Of a DNA stretch of 64,000 nucleotides, positions 19,783 through 30,728 are shown in pieces. Every line of letters starts with the position of its first letter. The stretch's first letter is position 1. The stretch comes from a bacterium (GTDB taxonomy: Bacteria; JADJOY01), in NCBI GenBank assembly GCA_046331705.1, contig JAXLQJ010000044.1, positions 1 to 64,000 of the forward strand. The letters run 5' to 3'. Both the position numbers and the translations under genes were made by a program. The notes under the pieces are model-generated. The model saw only the letters and a program-made list of their open reading frames with translations. It did not search any database and was not told the origin of the DNA.

Positions 19783-19817
19783 CCCCGGGACGGCGAGCGG
19801 ACGGGCCACGGCGGCGC

Positions 19818-20225
19818 TCAGCGCATCGAGCCGCTCAAGTAGAGCCATTTGAGCGCCAGCGCGACGACCACCGCCATGGCGATCGACATCACCACGTAGG
19901 CCGCCGCGAGCAAGCGCACCACCGGCCGACGCGCACCCGCGCGCCGGCGCGCCGTCACGAAACCGGAGAGCGCGAGCATCAAGCCCGCGCCGCCGAGCCC
20001 CAGCGCGCTTCCCGGCGTCAGCTCACCGAGCACGGCCTGGTAGCCGAAGAGCAGCACGCCGACGAACGCGATCGCGCGAAGCTCGGTCACGGCGGCACTC
20101 GGCGTCACGATCGCGAGGCGCGCCGCGCGCGACGCCGCGGTCCAACCATCGATCGTACGTGTGGTAGCTTCGCACGGGCACGCGTCGCGCGCCGCCCGTC
20201 GCCACGCGATACCCCTTCCGCTCAT
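19818..20225 (-). CDS. Small membrane hypothetical protein (true start probably further downstream)
   Basis: Three hydrophobic segments; fills the gap between two plus-strand genes. Confidence 0.55.
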   Translation of the reverse strand: MSGRGIAWRRAARDACPCEATTRTIDGWTAASRAARLAIVTPSAAVTELRAIAFVGVLLFGYQAVLGELTPGSALGLGGAGLMLALSGFVTARRRAGARRPVVRLLAAAYVVMSIAMAVVVALALKWLYLSGSMR

Positions 20226-21822
20226 GCGCCTGCGAGCCCTCGATTGCGCGCTGATCGCGTTGCTCGGCGCCGCGCTCTACCTGCCGGGCCTCGGCTCGAG
20301 CCACTCGCTGTGGAACCCGGACGAGCCGCGCTTCGCCGAGATCGCGCGCGTGATGCTGACGCGTGGCGAATGGCTCACGCCCACGCTCAACGGCGAGCCG
20401 TACTCGAACAAGCCACCGCTGCTCTTCTGGTCGATCGCCACGGTGGGAAAGGCCGACGGCGGCGTGTCCGAGCTGGCCGCTCGCTTGCCCTCGGCGCTGG
20501 CCGCCATCGGCGTGCTGGTGCTGACCGGGGTGATGGCGGCTCGGATCGGTGGACGGCGCGTGGGCTGGCTCGCGGTGGCCGTGCTCGCCACCGCGCATCG
20601 CTTCGCGTGGCAAGCACGATGGTGTCAGACCGACATGCTGCTCACGCTGTGGGTCATGGTGGCGCTCACGGCGTATCACGCGGCGGTGCGCCGTGGGCGT
20701 CTCGACAACGGCGGCGTGCTGGCGCTCTACGGCGGCACGGCGTTGGGCGTGCTCACCAAGGGCCTCGCCGCACCCGTGATCACCGGGCTCGCCGTGCTGG
20801 CGGACCTGATCCGGCGGCGCGCGTTCCGCGAGATCCCGCGCTATCGCCTGGTGATGGGCACGCTGGTCTTCCTGGGGCTGGCCGCGCCGTGGTTCGTCGC
20901 CATGGCCATCGAGCACGGTAGCGCGTTCCCGGCGCAGTTCTTCCTGCGCCAGCATCTGCAGCGCTTCGTCGATCCCTTCGACCACGCCCACAACGCGTTC
21001 TACTACCTCTACACGTTTCCGGCGGAGTTCCTGCCGTGGACGGTGGTGTTACCGGGCGTGGCGCTGGTGCTCTACCGCGATCGAGCGCTGCTCGGCCGAT
21101 TGTGGTTCCCGCTCGGTTGGTTCGCGCTCACGTTCGCGTTCTTCTCGGCGGCTGGTGCGAAGCGCGGGCTCTACCTGCTGCCCGCGTACCCCGCCGCGGC
21201 GATCGTGGTGGGTGCCGCGCTCGAGCGCTGGATCGAGAACAAGCGGCTGGCGGGCTTCCCCTATCTCTGGTTCGACGTGCCGTTGTGGGCGGTTCCCGCG
21301 TTGATCGGCGGCGGTGCGCTGGTGGCGCCGCTGGTGGTGGCGTTCCTGTCGCGCGCCGACGTGGGAGCCGCGCTCCTCGCGGCCTTGCTCTTGGCGCCGC
21401 TCGGCGCCGGGCTCGCGGTGTGGGGCGCACGCGGTGCCCGCGAGCGCTTGCTCGCCACGTTCGGGAGCGCCGCGGCCGTGGTGCTCGTGACCAGCGCCAT
21501 CGCGTTCCCGCGGCTGGATGGCTACAAGTCGGCGAAGCCGCTCGCCGCCCACATCGCGAGCGTGCTGCCGCCCGACGTCCCGCTCGCGCTCTATCAATAC
21601 GATCGCGCCCACTTCAACTTCTATCTGCGCCGCGAATTCATCCCCTCGCTCGACACGCCCGAGCAAGGCGTCGCCTACCTGCGCGCGAGCAAGCGCGCCT
21701 GCGTGCTGACCGAGACCAAGCATCTGGCCGAGCTCGAACAGGCCTTCGGCGCCTCGCTCGCCCGCGTCGCCGCCGATTCCGTGGGACACCGCAAGCTCGA
21801 GCTCGCGTGCGCCGATCGGTGA
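20224..21822 (+). CDS. ArnT/PMT-like GT-C glycosyltransferase (family 39/83)
   Basis: LWNPDEPRFAEIAR, PTLNGEPYSNKPPL, ARLPSALA, DMLLT, LTKG, YLLPAYP. Confidence 0.93.
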   Translation: MRLRALDCALIALLGAALYLPGLGSSHSLWNPDEPRFAEIARVMLTRGEWLTPTLNGEPYSNKPPLLFWSIATVGKADGGVSELAARLPSALAAIGVLVLTGVMAARIGGRRVGWLAVAVLATAHRFAWQARWCQTDMLLTLWVMVALTAYHAAVRRGRLDNGGVLALYGGTALGVLTKGLAAPVITGLAVLADLIRRRAFREIPRYRLVMGTLVFLGLAAPWFVAMAIEHGSAFPAQFFLRQHLQRFVDPFDHAHNAFYYLYTFPAEFLPWTVVLPGVALVLYRDRALLGRLWFPLGWFALTFAFFSAAGAKRGLYLLPAYPAAAIVVGAALERWIENKRLAGFPYLWFDVPLWAVPALIGGGALVAPLVVAFLSRADVGAALLAALLLAPLGAGLAVWGARGARERLLATFGSAAAVVLVTSAIAFPRLDGYKSAKPLAAHIASVLPPDVPLALYQYDRAHFNFYLRREFIPSLDTPEQGVAYLRASKRACVLTETKHLAELEQAFGASLARVAADSVGHRKLELACADR

Positions 21823-21869
21823 GCCCGGCATCGCCGCGGCCGCGATCGGCGAGGGGCTGAGGAAACCGG

Positions 21870-23018
21870 TCAGCGCGCCACGACGCGGTTTCGCCCTTGC
21901 TGCTTGGCGTCGTAGAGCGCCTGGTCGGCGCGCCGCAGCAGCGCGTCGGTATCGTCGTCGGGGGCCAGCTCGGCGCAGCCCAGGCTGATCGTGCAACGCA
22001 CCGGCGCATGGATCGAGAACGAGGCCGTGCCCTCGACCGCCTGGCGGACGCGCTCCGCGACCTCGATCGCCGTCGCGCGCTGGGTGTTGGGCAACACGAT
22101 CGCGAACTCCTCGCCACCCATGCGACCCACCTGGTCGATCTCGCGCACGGTCCGCAGCAGGAGCGCCGCCAGCTCCGTGAGCACCGCGTCGCCGACCGCG
22201 TGGCCGAAGGCGTCGTTGACGGGCTTGAAGTGGTCGACGTCGATCATGAGCAACGAGAGCGCCGAGCCCGTGCGACGGGCGCGCGCGATCTCGTGCGTGG
22301 CGATCGCGCGCAGGTGCCCGTGGTTCGACACGCCGGTGAGCGGATCGGTGCGGCTCAGCCGCCTGAGCTCTTGGCGCTGCTCGAACGCCGTGCGGATCAC
22401 GGCGTAGAGCATGTGACCGACGCCCACGAAGAGCATGCTCACGCCACCGAGCACTCCCAGAAAGGCCGGCAGGAACGGGTCGTGACCGTGCTCCGGGTGG
22501 ATCGCGAAATAGGTGAGCAACGCGATCGCGAGCCCGCCGTAGACGATCAGCGTGCGCTCGAGCAGCCGCACCAGCATCATCGTCGTGAAGAGCGGTACCG
22601 CGTAGAGCACGTAGAGCCACGGGGTCGTCGGTCCGCCCATCCAGCTCGCGGTGGCGAACGTCAACGACGTGAGCGCGTAGAAGAAGAGCGTGAGCGTCAG
22701 GCGTGGCCGCCATCGTCCGTCGTGCAGACTGCGCGTGAGCAACAACAGACACGCCGTCGCCAGCACCACCGCGGCGCGCCAGCCGAACGCGATGCGAAGG
22801 CGCCGCGGATCCGCGGCGAAGACCACGAAATCCATCGGCCAGAACAGGACCGAGAGCGCGCAGCCGAACACCGCGAGCGCGCTGATCAGCCGCACCGTGG
22901 TGCGCTCGGCGTAGACGGAGAACGCGTGCGGGCCGTCCGGCAGCTCGTCCGGGTCGACGAGCAACCGCTCGAGGTAACGCTTCGGGGGGCGGGGCTCGCG
23001 GGATGGGGAGCGTTGCAT
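21870..23018 (-). CDS. Membrane-bound diguanylate cyclase (GGDEF)
   Basis: Multi-TM N-terminus; TDPLTG, IDVDHFKPVNDAFGHAVGD, RMGGEEF with RxxD, ADQALYDAK. Confidence 0.93.
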   Translation of the reverse strand: MQRSPSREPRPPKRYLERLLVDPDELPDGPHAFSVYAERTTVRLISALAVFGCALSVLFWPMDFVVFAADPRRLRIAFGWRAAVVLATACLLLLTRSLHDGRWRPRLTLTLFFYALTSLTFATASWMGGPTTPWLYVLYAVPLFTTMMLVRLLERTLIVYGGLAIALLTYFAIHPEHGHDPFLPAFLGVLGGVSMLFVGVGHMLYAVIRTAFEQRQELRRLSRTDPLTGVSNHGHLRAIATHEIARARRTGSALSLLMIDVDHFKPVNDAFGHAVGDAVLTELAALLLRTVREIDQVGRMGGEEFAIVLPNTQRATAIEVAERVRQAVEGTASFSIHAPVRCTISLGCAELAPDDDTDALLRRADQALYDAKQQGRNRVVAR

Positions 23019-23128
23019 CGGTGGATGGTGCCGTTCGTCCCCCTCTCCAGCGTACACGTGTCGCACCCGGCGCCGGAATGGCAGCCCGGCGAATGCGGCC
23101 CGCGGACCAGAGGGAGCCTGGGTTTGCC

Positions 23129-24772
23129 TCACCTCACCCGCGTGACGACGACGCGAAGCGTGAGTGTCGCGGCGTGCGTGCCGGCCGCGAATGAGAGGTG
23201 CCACCCACCTTCTTCGGACCGGCGAGCCTCGATGGGAACAGGAATTGCGTCGGGACGAGCGATCTCGAACCCGGGCTCGGGCGTGAGCTCGATCGCAACG
23301 CTGTCGGCGTCGGGTATCGGCACGACGAGCGTGAACGGACCAGCGCCTTCCGGGCTGGCGGGGCGCGGCGCAACGGGCACCTCCAGGACGACTCGACCCG
23401 CAGGCAGGTCGAGAGCCTGCCAGCGCGCGGAGCCGTCGGCGGCCGCTGGCCAGGTGCGGCGCTCGGGCTCGACCAGCTCGAGTCCGAGCGCGCGTTCGCC
23501 CGGGGCGAGCGGCGCCTCGAAGCCCACCGCGGCCGTCCCCGTCGAGATCGAGCGGTAGGTCTGTCGGATGGTTCGGGTCACCGTAGCCCCGAGTCGGTAG
23601 ACGACGTCGACTCGCTCCGGCCTCGCCAACGCGTGCGCCGCACCGCCACCCGCGGCATCGCGCTTGGCCAAAGCCGAGCCGAGGTCGCCGGCCTCGGCTG
23701 CCGCCCGTGGGGCTCGTTGCGGCGCCGCGGCCCCGGCGGCGATCTCACCGGTCTCGCGCGACTTGGCATCGCGCGCGATCGGGGCGGGTCCCCCTGACGC
23801 GCTCGACGCTCGGGAATCGCCGTCGCCGAGGCCCGTCGCCACGGGCGCGGCGGGAGCCGGCTCTTCCCGCGCACTCGGCCCGGAACTGCTCGCGGACGCG
23901 GGTGCTGGCGCTGGCGCGCGCGACGCCTGGGCATCGAGCTCCGGTCGCTCGTACGCGGGCTCCACAGGTGCGGGCTTCGCGGACGGCATCTGCTGGCGCC
24001 CCTTGGATGCGTCGGCAACGGCGTTCGCCTCGTCCTTGCCAGCCGCTTCGAATGGCAGCGCGATCGGACGATCCAACGCCCCGTTCTGCTTCACGGGCTC
24101 GGGCGCTCGCGCGAGCTCGTCGACCAGGGATCCCCCCGCGCCTGGCGCGTCCGCGAGCTCCTTCGAGGCCACCTTCGTGTCCGCGAGGCGTTGCTCGAGA
24201 TGCGCGCCACCGGCCGGCGCCTGCTTCGCACGCAGTTCCGCGGACTTCTCGGATGCCTCCGAGAGCTTCGACTCGGCCTGCTTCCGCTGCTCGGGGGGCC
24301 GAGCGGTGTCCGCCGCTGGCGCAGGTGCCGCGGCGGGCGCCGACACCGATGCGGGCGAGGAGGCGGCCGGTAGCGCGATCGCGTCGTTGCTCGTGCGGAC
24401 CGGCGTGTGCTCGCTCCACGACGGATTGCGCTGCAGGTACGTCAGGTAGCCGGCCCCCGCCGCCACCATCATCGACGCCGCGAGCGCCAGCGGTCCGGGA
24501 CGTTTCCACCACGCGAGGCGCACGAGCTTTCCCGATCGGATCGCGGCGGCGCGGCTCCGCGCGGCCGCGAGAATGGCGTCCTCGCGCGCCGCGGGGATCG
24601 AATCGCTCGCGCGAGCGACGTCGCGCTTCACCGCCGCGGCCAGGCGCGCGATCTCGTCGAGCTCGGCGCGACACGCGGCACACGCCGAGAGGTGCTTGCG
24701 CTCGTCCGCCGTGCCTTCGCCAGCACGCACTCGATCGAGGGCGTCCCAATCGAGATGCGGCGACGCGATCAC
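23129..24772 (-). CDS. Zinc-finger (ZAS-type) anti-sigma factor with long Ala/Pro-rich extracytoplasmic region
   Basis: HLSACAAC motif, single TM segment; GTG start overlaps the ECF sigma stop. Confidence 0.8.
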   Translation of the reverse strand: MIASPHLDWDALDRVRAGEGTADERKHLSACAACRAELDEIARLAAAVKRDVARASDSIPAAREDAILAAARSRAAAIRSGKLVRLAWWKRPGPLALAASMMVAAGAGYLTYLQRNPSWSEHTPVRTSNDAIALPAASSPASVSAPAAAPAPAADTARPPEQRKQAESKLSEASEKSAELRAKQAPAGGAHLEQRLADTKVASKELADAPGAGGSLVDELARAPEPVKQNGALDRPIALPFEAAGKDEANAVADASKGRQQMPSAKPAPVEPAYERPELDAQASRAPAPAPASASSSGPSAREEPAPAAPVATGLGDGDSRASSASGGPAPIARDAKSRETGEIAAGAAAPQRAPRAAAEAGDLGSALAKRDAAGGGAAHALARPERVDVVYRLGATVTRTIRQTYRSISTGTAAVGFEAPLAPGERALGLELVEPERRTWPAAADGSARWQALDLPAGRVVLEVPVAPRPASPEGAGPFTLVVPIPDADSVAIELTPEPGFEIARPDAIPVPIEARRSEEGGWHLSFAAGTHAATLTLRVVVTRVR

Positions 24773-25359
24773 GAGCCGACCTCCTTGCGTGGACTCGCGC
24801 GCGTGGCGCGGACGCCCGACGAGGCGTGACGTTCGCGAATCATCTCGAGGCCGTTGTGCAGCCGCGACTTCACGGTTCCGAGCGGAATGTCGAGCGCCAC
24901 CGCGATGTCCTTGAGACTCATGTCGTCGGCGAATCGTAACCACACCACGTCGCGATGCGTTTCGGGGAGCTCGGCGAGCAACGTCTCGATTTCCGAGGGC
25001 TCGCCCGGCCGCACGCCGAGGTGGCGCTCGGGAATCGTCGCGAGGTCGTCGTGGGGGCGATCCTTGCGCTTCCGCGAAAGCGCCACGTGCTTGACCACCG
25101 GAAAGAGGAACGAGCGCAACGCCGCCGTCAGCTCGAATCCAGGGAACTTGGCGAAGAAGTACGCGAAGGTGTCCTGCAAGGTGTCGAGCGCGTCGTCCGG
25201 GCTGGTGGTGTAGCGACGGGCGACACCCACCACCCAATCGCGATGGCGGCGATAGAGCGCCTCGAACGCCTCCGCGTCTCCGCGGTTGGCCCGCGCCACC
25301 AGATCGTGATCGATCCGCGCCTCCGGCGACACCGCCACTCGGGCTTCCCGCTCGTCCAT
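24769..25359 (-). CDS. ECF sigma-70 factor
   Basis: GDAEAFEALYRRH, DALDTLQDTF, region 4 SLKDIAVALDIPLGTVKSRLHNG. Confidence 0.93.
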   Translation of the reverse strand: MDEREARVAVSPEARIDHDLVARANRGDAEAFEALYRRHRDWVVGVARRYTTSPDDALDTLQDTFAYFFAKFPGFELTAALRSFLFPVVKHVALSRKRKDRPHDDLATIPERHLGVRPGEPSEIETLLAELPETHRDVVWLRFADDMSLKDIAVALDIPLGTVKSRLHNGLEMIRERHASSGVRATRASPRKEVGS

Positions 25360-25516
25360 CGCGGAGAAGACATCGCAGAGCAGCCGTGCCGGACGCAAGA
25401 GGTCGCCGAGACGATCGGCTGGAATCGCGAGCACGAGCACCCTCCCGGAAGGCACCGGTGGGAGCGCGCCAACGGGGCGCGAGGTTCACCCGCCAGCGAC
25501 GAATCGCGGGGAGGGA

Positions 25517-26245
25517 CTAGACCAGCTTCCAGTCGTCGATGGTGATGTCGACCAGGATGGGAAACGAACGGGGCGTCCCGTCCGGCTTGCGCGGCGTCAC
25601 GCGCCGACGCGACGGATACGGAATGCCCATCCACCGCTCGTGCGCGAGCACCACGTTGGCCGCCACCGCCCACGACCCGAAGACCTCGGCGGTGTAATCG
25701 TGTTGCTGCAACAGCGAAGTCCTGGGATCGACGTGGAACTGCTGAACCGCGGAGTGGGTGGGCAGATGCGCGGGAAACCGCGCTTCGAGGGTGCGCGGGC
25801 TCACTTGCTTCCAGTGGATGTCGTCGCGAAGGAGCAGCGCCGGAAACGTGAGGTAGTTCCAGAGCGCGTAGCCGGAGAAGTACGTCTGATCGAGACGATC
25901 CCACCACACGAGGCGACGGCCACCGGGAAAGAGCTTGCGCGGTTCGTCGCGCATCGCGACCACGCCACCACCGCCATCCTCGAGCCGCACCGCCTGCGCT
26001 TCGAGGATTCCCGTCTGGCCCTCCCATTCCGAGGGCCGCATGCGAACGCGCGGCTCGGCGACCCGCGCGTGGACCTTCATGCGGTGGAACGCCGGCTGGA
26101 ACTTGCTCAAGAACGCGAAGCCGCCCGCCGACACGACAGCTTCGACGGCCTTGGCATTGCGCCAGTAGTCGGCGCCGCCGTACGCGGCAACCACCGACTC
26201 CGCGAGGGGGCAAAGCGGCATGGCGCGCGAATCTAGCACGGGCAT
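25517..26245 (-). CDS. Conserved hypothetical protein
   Basis: C-terminal 242 aa of the listed ORF (AAYGGADYW...WWDRLDQTYFSGYALWNYLTFPALL) has a globular composition. The upstream part is a shadow of the ABC gene. Confidence 0.8.
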   Translation of the reverse strand: MPVLDSRAMPLCPLAESVVAAYGGADYWRNAKAVEAVVSAGGFAFLSKFQPAFHRMKVHARVAEPRVRMRPSEWEGQTGILEAQAVRLEDGGGGVVAMRDEPRKLFPGGRRLVWWDRLDQTYFSGYALWNYLTFPALLLRDDIHWKQVSPRTLEARFPAHLPTHSAVQQFHVDPRTSLLQQHDYTAEVFGSWAVAANVVLAHERWMGIPYPSRRRVTPRKPDGTPRSFPILVDITIDDWKLV

Positions 26246-26359
26246 ATCGGCGGTTTCTCGGCCGCCGGCACGGGAGCGTCGCGATCGGGCGCGTGCCGTG
26301 TGCGAGACTGCGCGCACCTGCGGATCGGCTCGTTCGCTCGCGCTCGTGACGCTCGCCCC

Positions 26360-27271
26360 ATGTCCGAACCCGTCATTCGAATCGAGGCGCTGACCAAGCG
26401 TTACCGCGAGCTGGTGGCGCTCGACCGCGTCTCGCTCGAGGTGGAGCACGGCGAGATCTTCGCCTTGCTCGGGCCGAACGGAGCCGGCAAGACCACGCTC
26501 ATCAGCATCGTCTCGGGGCTCACGCGGGCGACCTCCGGAACCGCCCGCGTCTTCGGTCACGACGTGGTGCGCGAGTTCCGTACGACACGCCGGCTCCTGG
26601 GGCTCGTGCCCCAGGAGGTGAACTTCGATCCCTTCTTCAGCCCCCTCCAGGCGCTGCGCTTCCAGCGTGGCTTCTTCGGCCTTTCCGACGCGCCAGAGCT
26701 CTACCGCGAGATCCTCGAGAACCTGGACCTGTGGGAGAAGCGCGACGCCTACACGCGTACGCTCTCCGGCGGGATGAAGCGGCGACTGCTGATCGCCAAG
26801 GCGCTCGTGCACCAGCCGCGCGTGCTCTTCCTCGACGAGCCCACCGCGGGGGTCGACGTGGCGCTGCGGCAGGACTTGTGGAAGTACGTGCGCCGGCTAC
26901 GCGCCGAGGGCGTCACGATCGTGCTCACGACGCATTACCTCGAGGAGGCGGAGGAGCTCGCCGATCGCGTCGGCATCCTCGACAAAGGGCAGCTCAAGCT
27001 CGTCGACACCAAGCTCGCGCTGATGGCGTCGCACGGCGGCGAGCGCGTGAACATCCGCGTCGCGGGCGATCCCAGCCGTTTACCGGCGGGCCTGCGGAGC
27101 GAGCTGCGCGAGGGCGAGCTCGCGGTGCGCGGCGTCGAGAACGTCGCCGACGCGATCGAGTCGCTGGTGCGAGCGGGCCTGCGCGTCGAGAACGTGGAGC
27201 GCCAACCCGTGCGGCTCGAGGACGTGTTCCTCGAGGTGATCGGGCGCGCCGGGCGGCAGGCGCCACCGTGA
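26360..27271 (+). CDS. ABC-2 transporter ATP-binding protein (YadG-like)
   Basis: GPNGAGKTT, LSGGMKRR, LDEPT, TTHY. Confidence 0.95.
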   Translation: MSEPVIRIEALTKRYRELVALDRVSLEVEHGEIFALLGPNGAGKTTLISIVSGLTRATSGTARVFGHDVVREFRTTRRLLGLVPQEVNFDPFFSPLQALRFQRGFFGLSDAPELYREILENLDLWEKRDAYTRTLSGGMKRRLLIAKALVHQPRVLFLDEPTAGVDVALRQDLWKYVRRLRAEGVTIVLTTHYLEEAEELADRVGILDKGQLKLVDTKLALMASHGGERVNIRVAGDPSRLPAGLRSELREGELAVRGVENVADAIESLVRAGLRVENVERQPVRLEDVFLEVIGRAGRQAPP

Positions 27272-28119
27272 GCGCTGCGGGCGGAGCGGCCATGTCCACC
27301 GAGGCCGACCGGGGCGCCGGCGTCGATTCCGGCGCTGCCGCACTCAGGCCGATGCGCGTCAACTGGATCGGGTTCTGGACGCTCTTTCGGAAGGAGGTGG
27401 CGCGCTTCCTGGCCGTTCCCGGGCAGACCGTCGCGTCACCGGTCATCACCACGAGCCTCTACTTCCTGGTCTTCGGCTACTCGCTCGGCTCGCGGCTGAA
27501 GCAGATGGGCGGCATGCCCTACATCCAGTACATCGTGCCGGGGCTCGTGATGTTGAGCGTGATCTCGAGCTCGTTCCTCAACACCTCGAGCAGCCTGTTC
27601 GGCGCAAAGGTGATGGGGACGATCGTCGACATCCTGGTCACGCCGCTCGCGCCCGCGGAGATCGTCGCGGCGATGCTCCTCGGCGCGGTGGTTCGCGCCA
27701 CGCTCGTCGGCTTCCTGGTCTGGATGGTCGCGGCCGTGTTCGTGGGACCGTTGCTCGCGCACCCGCTCTACATCCTCGCATTCGTCGTGCTGGTGAGCGT
27801 GATGATGGGAGCGTTCGGGCTGATCGTGGCCACCTGGTCCGACAAATTCGAGCAGCTCAGCATCGTTCCCACCTTCGTTCTCACCCCGCTCACCTACCTG
27901 GGCGGCGTCTTCTACACCCTCGACGCCCTCCCCGACTTCTGGAGACGGGCCAGCCTCTTCAACCCGGTCGTCTACATGGTGAACGGGCTGCGCTACGGAA
28001 TGCTCGGCATCACCGACGTCCCCATCCAGCGTGCCACCCTCCTCGCCGCGCTCGCCGCCTGCGTCTTCACCCTCGCGGCCTGGGGCGTGATCCGCAGCGG
28101 CTGGAAGCTGCGCGGCTGA
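27268..28119 (+). CDS. ABC-2 transporter permease (YadH-like)
   Basis: TLFRKEVARF, YIQYIVPGL, LTYLGGVFY, NPVVYMVNGLRYG. Confidence 0.93.
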   Translation: MSAAGGAAMSTEADRGAGVDSGAAALRPMRVNWIGFWTLFRKEVARFLAVPGQTVASPVITTSLYFLVFGYSLGSRLKQMGGMPYIQYIVPGLVMLSVISSSFLNTSSSLFGAKVMGTIVDILVTPLAPAEIVAAMLLGAVVRATLVGFLVWMVAAVFVGPLLAHPLYILAFVVLVSVMMGAFGLIVATWSDKFEQLSIVPTFVLTPLTYLGGVFYTLDALPDFWRRASLFNPVVYMVNGLRYGMLGITDVPIQRATLLAALAACVFTLAAWGVIRSGWKLRG

Positions 28120-28173
28120 GCGGGCGCGAGCCACGCATGCTCAGCCGCGCATGCCGCGCTTCTTCGGATCCGA

Positions 28174-30123
28174 CTACGGCAGCTCGAAAAGATAGGCCGA
28201 GCTCGTGCGGTTGCCTCCGACGATCGCCGTTCCGGTCGACACGACTACGTCGCCGTCCGTCGCGAGGCTCATGCCCAAGAACCCGCCGAGCGAGAGATCA
28301 CTGCCGAAGAGTTTGGTCGTGAGCGTCCACGCTCCGCCCTGACTCTCGTAGACGTAGATGCGGCTGCGACCGCCGAACACGGGAGCGCCAACCAGCACGC
28401 GACCGTTGGCAAATGCGACCGCAAACCCGAAGTCCCAACTCGCGCCCAGCTCCGTCGGTACCAACCGCGCTGTTTCGGTCCAGACGCCGGCGATGCGCTC
28501 GAAGACGTAGGCGGCGCCACTCTCCGTCTCGGCGGAATCCGACGTGCCACGCGCGCCCACGACGACCCGGTCATCGGCGATCGCGACCGCGCTGCCGAAC
28601 TTGGCGTACGCGTTCGACGACGATGCGAGCAGCTTGGTCTCGACCCAGCTCGCGCCATTCCATTGATAGACGTAGGCGGCGCCGCTGAAGTCGCCCGCGG
28701 TGTCGTCGCCCATCGCACCGACCACGAGTGTGTCACCGTCGATGGCGACACTCGAGCCGAAGAACTGTTGCAGCGCAGCGTCGCTCGGCCGCAGGGTGGC
28801 CGTGAGCGTCCAGACGCCTCCCGGCTTCTCGTACACATAAACGGCGCCGGCGTCCCGCGCCAGCGTCGATTCGCCTCGTGCACCGATGACGACCCGCCCA
28901 CCACCCACCGCGACCGCCGCCCCGAAGTTGTCGTCGTACTGTTGCGGCGAGGGATTGGGGATGTGCGCGACGAGCTGAAACAGGCCCGCGACGCGCTCGA
29001 ACACGTACGCCGCACCTGCCGTGAGACCGCCGGCGAGGTCCTGGGGCGCACCGACGGCCAAGACGTCACCATCGAGCGCCACTGAGGCGCCCATCCAGGC
29101 GATGGTCGCGGGAGTGTCGGAGAAGAGCTTCTGGGTCTGGACGAAGCCGCTGCCAGAATCGACGAACACGTACGCCGCCCCTGCGTCTTGGGCGAACGTG
29201 TCGTCATCGACGCCGCCCGCGACCAGCGTGTTCCCGTCGAGCGCCACCGTGTTGCCGAGGCCGTACGGAGGCTGCACCGTCAGGCCGTCGGGCTCGCCGT
29301 CGGCTGCCACACGCGCAGTCTCGCTCTGCCCGAGGATCGCCGCAGGACACAGCACCACTTTGGAAATCTTGGGCGTGTCGTTCCAGACCTGCAAGAAAGT
29401 CGTGCTAGCGCTCGAGCTTCCCGTCCAGCTCGTCACGCTGACATCGATGGTGCCCGCGCCACCACCGCTCACGAGCGCGGTGAGGGTGGCACCGCCATCG
29501 GTCCACGTCGATCCCGTCGCACCCGAGCTAGCGCGAATCGGTTCGTGGTTGTCGCCCGCGTCTCCGAAACGCGTCGTGCCCGGAATCAGGTCGAGGTCGT
29601 AGGCCTTGTACGGGAACGAGCCGACGAAGTCGTAAGTGACGGTGGTGTCGTCTCCTGCGGTCGCGGTCACCGTGCACGAGGGCTCGCCGAGCACGATCGC
29701 GCAGCTCCCCGGCCCCTTCCAGCACTTGTAGGGATCGTAGACGTTCGTATCGACGATGTACTGGAGAGTCGCGCTGTCCGAGGGCCCTGAGCCGATCTGC
29801 CAGGTGACCGAAGTCGCGTTCCCCCCCGCGGTTCCAGAGAGAGTCACGACCTCACTGGAATTGGCGACGTTGCGCGCGGTGGCGTTGAACGTCTGGTCCG
29901 GACCCCAGGTACCGGAATCGATCACGTAGCGCGCCGAGGGCAGCGGCTGCCCGCTCGCGTAGAGCGTGAATTCTCCCTCGACCTGGCCGAGCGCGGTGTT
30001 CTCGTCGAACACCAAGCCGACATCATCGCTGGTTCGTTCCGCCAAGAAATGCCCGGCGGGGCCGCGATAGCAGCCGGCCGCCACGAACAGCGTCAGCATG
30101 AACGCAACTCGCCAAGCGTTCAT
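28174..30123 (-). CDS. Lipoprotein with C-terminal FG-GAP beta-propeller
   Basis: Lipobox VAAGC; about 7 repeats of FGxSVAIDGDTLVVGA...GAAYVF. Confidence 0.88.
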   Translation of the reverse strand: MNAWRVAFMLTLFVAAGCYRGPAGHFLAERTSDDVGLVFDENTALGQVEGEFTLYASGQPLPSARYVIDSGTWGPDQTFNATARNVANSSEVVTLSGTAGGNATSVTWQIGSGPSDSATLQYIVDTNVYDPYKCWKGPGSCAIVLGEPSCTVTATAGDDTTVTYDFVGSFPYKAYDLDLIPGTTRFGDAGDNHEPIRASSGATGSTWTDGGATLTALVSGGGAGTIDVSVTSWTGSSSASTTFLQVWNDTPKISKVVLCPAAILGQSETARVAADGEPDGLTVQPPYGLGNTVALDGNTLVAGGVDDDTFAQDAGAAYVFVDSGSGFVQTQKLFSDTPATIAWMGASVALDGDVLAVGAPQDLAGGLTAGAAYVFERVAGLFQLVAHIPNPSPQQYDDNFGAAVAVGGGRVVIGARGESTLARDAGAVYVYEKPGGVWTLTATLRPSDAALQQFFGSSVAIDGDTLVVGAMGDDTAGDFSGAAYVYQWNGASWVETKLLASSSNAYAKFGSAVAIADDRVVVGARGTSDSAETESGAAYVFERIAGVWTETARLVPTELGASWDFGFAVAFANGRVLVGAPVFGGRSRIYVYESQGGAWTLTTKLFGSDLSLGGFLGMSLATDGDVVVSTGTAIVGGNRTSSAYLFELP

Positions 30124-30489
30124 GCCATCGCCCTCCCACCAACGGTTCCGTCCTGCGAGACGATGAGTTGCCGTTCCCATGAGTTCCGCCCCCGCCTTCG
30201 TGGTCTCGTTTCCGTACATCGCCTCACGCAGCATCCGCGCGAAGGCGCCGCACGCTAGCTGAACGAGAGCAGGATCGGTGCCGGCTCGAATCGGCGCACG
30301 GCCAGGCTTCGCCGCTGAAATCAATGAGGTTTCCCACGGAGTGGCACGACCAGAGTGGTGACGAAACTCGCCAGTTCCGCAACCAAAGTTGCGCGGCACT
30401 CGCCGAGCGCGCGGCCCGGTGCCTCTTCGTCGGGGCGCCGCCGGTGCCCGACTGTCGATTCCGCAGGCCGCGCGCGGTCGACCATCCTG

Positions 30490-30533
30490 CCGCGAACGGT
30501 GCCCCGCGAACGGTGCCCCCCGCGGACGGTGCC
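30490..30533 (+). repeat. Tandem 14-nt repeat CCGCG(A/G)ACGGTGCC x3 at the left end of the Y1 element
   Basis: Units at 30490-30503, 30504-30517 and 30520-30533; the last continues into ACCC. Confidence 0.9.
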
Positions 30534-30728
30534 ACCCTACTTGAAGCGCTCTCGACCGCGCTCGGAGGTGGCAGGAAATGCGTAGCCGACCGATCGGCGC
30601 CGCGCTGCTCGCCCACCCCACTTCGGCGCATCCACCGTGCGCCCCTGGGGGCGCACACGCTGCGCCCCGTTGAACGCAGCGCGACCAGCTTCAAGGCCAC
30701 AAACCAAAGGATCCCGTGACCCGAGGCA

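Noticed and set aside
30490..30533. Mini-CRISPR at the transposase end
   Set aside because: 14-nt head-to-tail units with no spacers.
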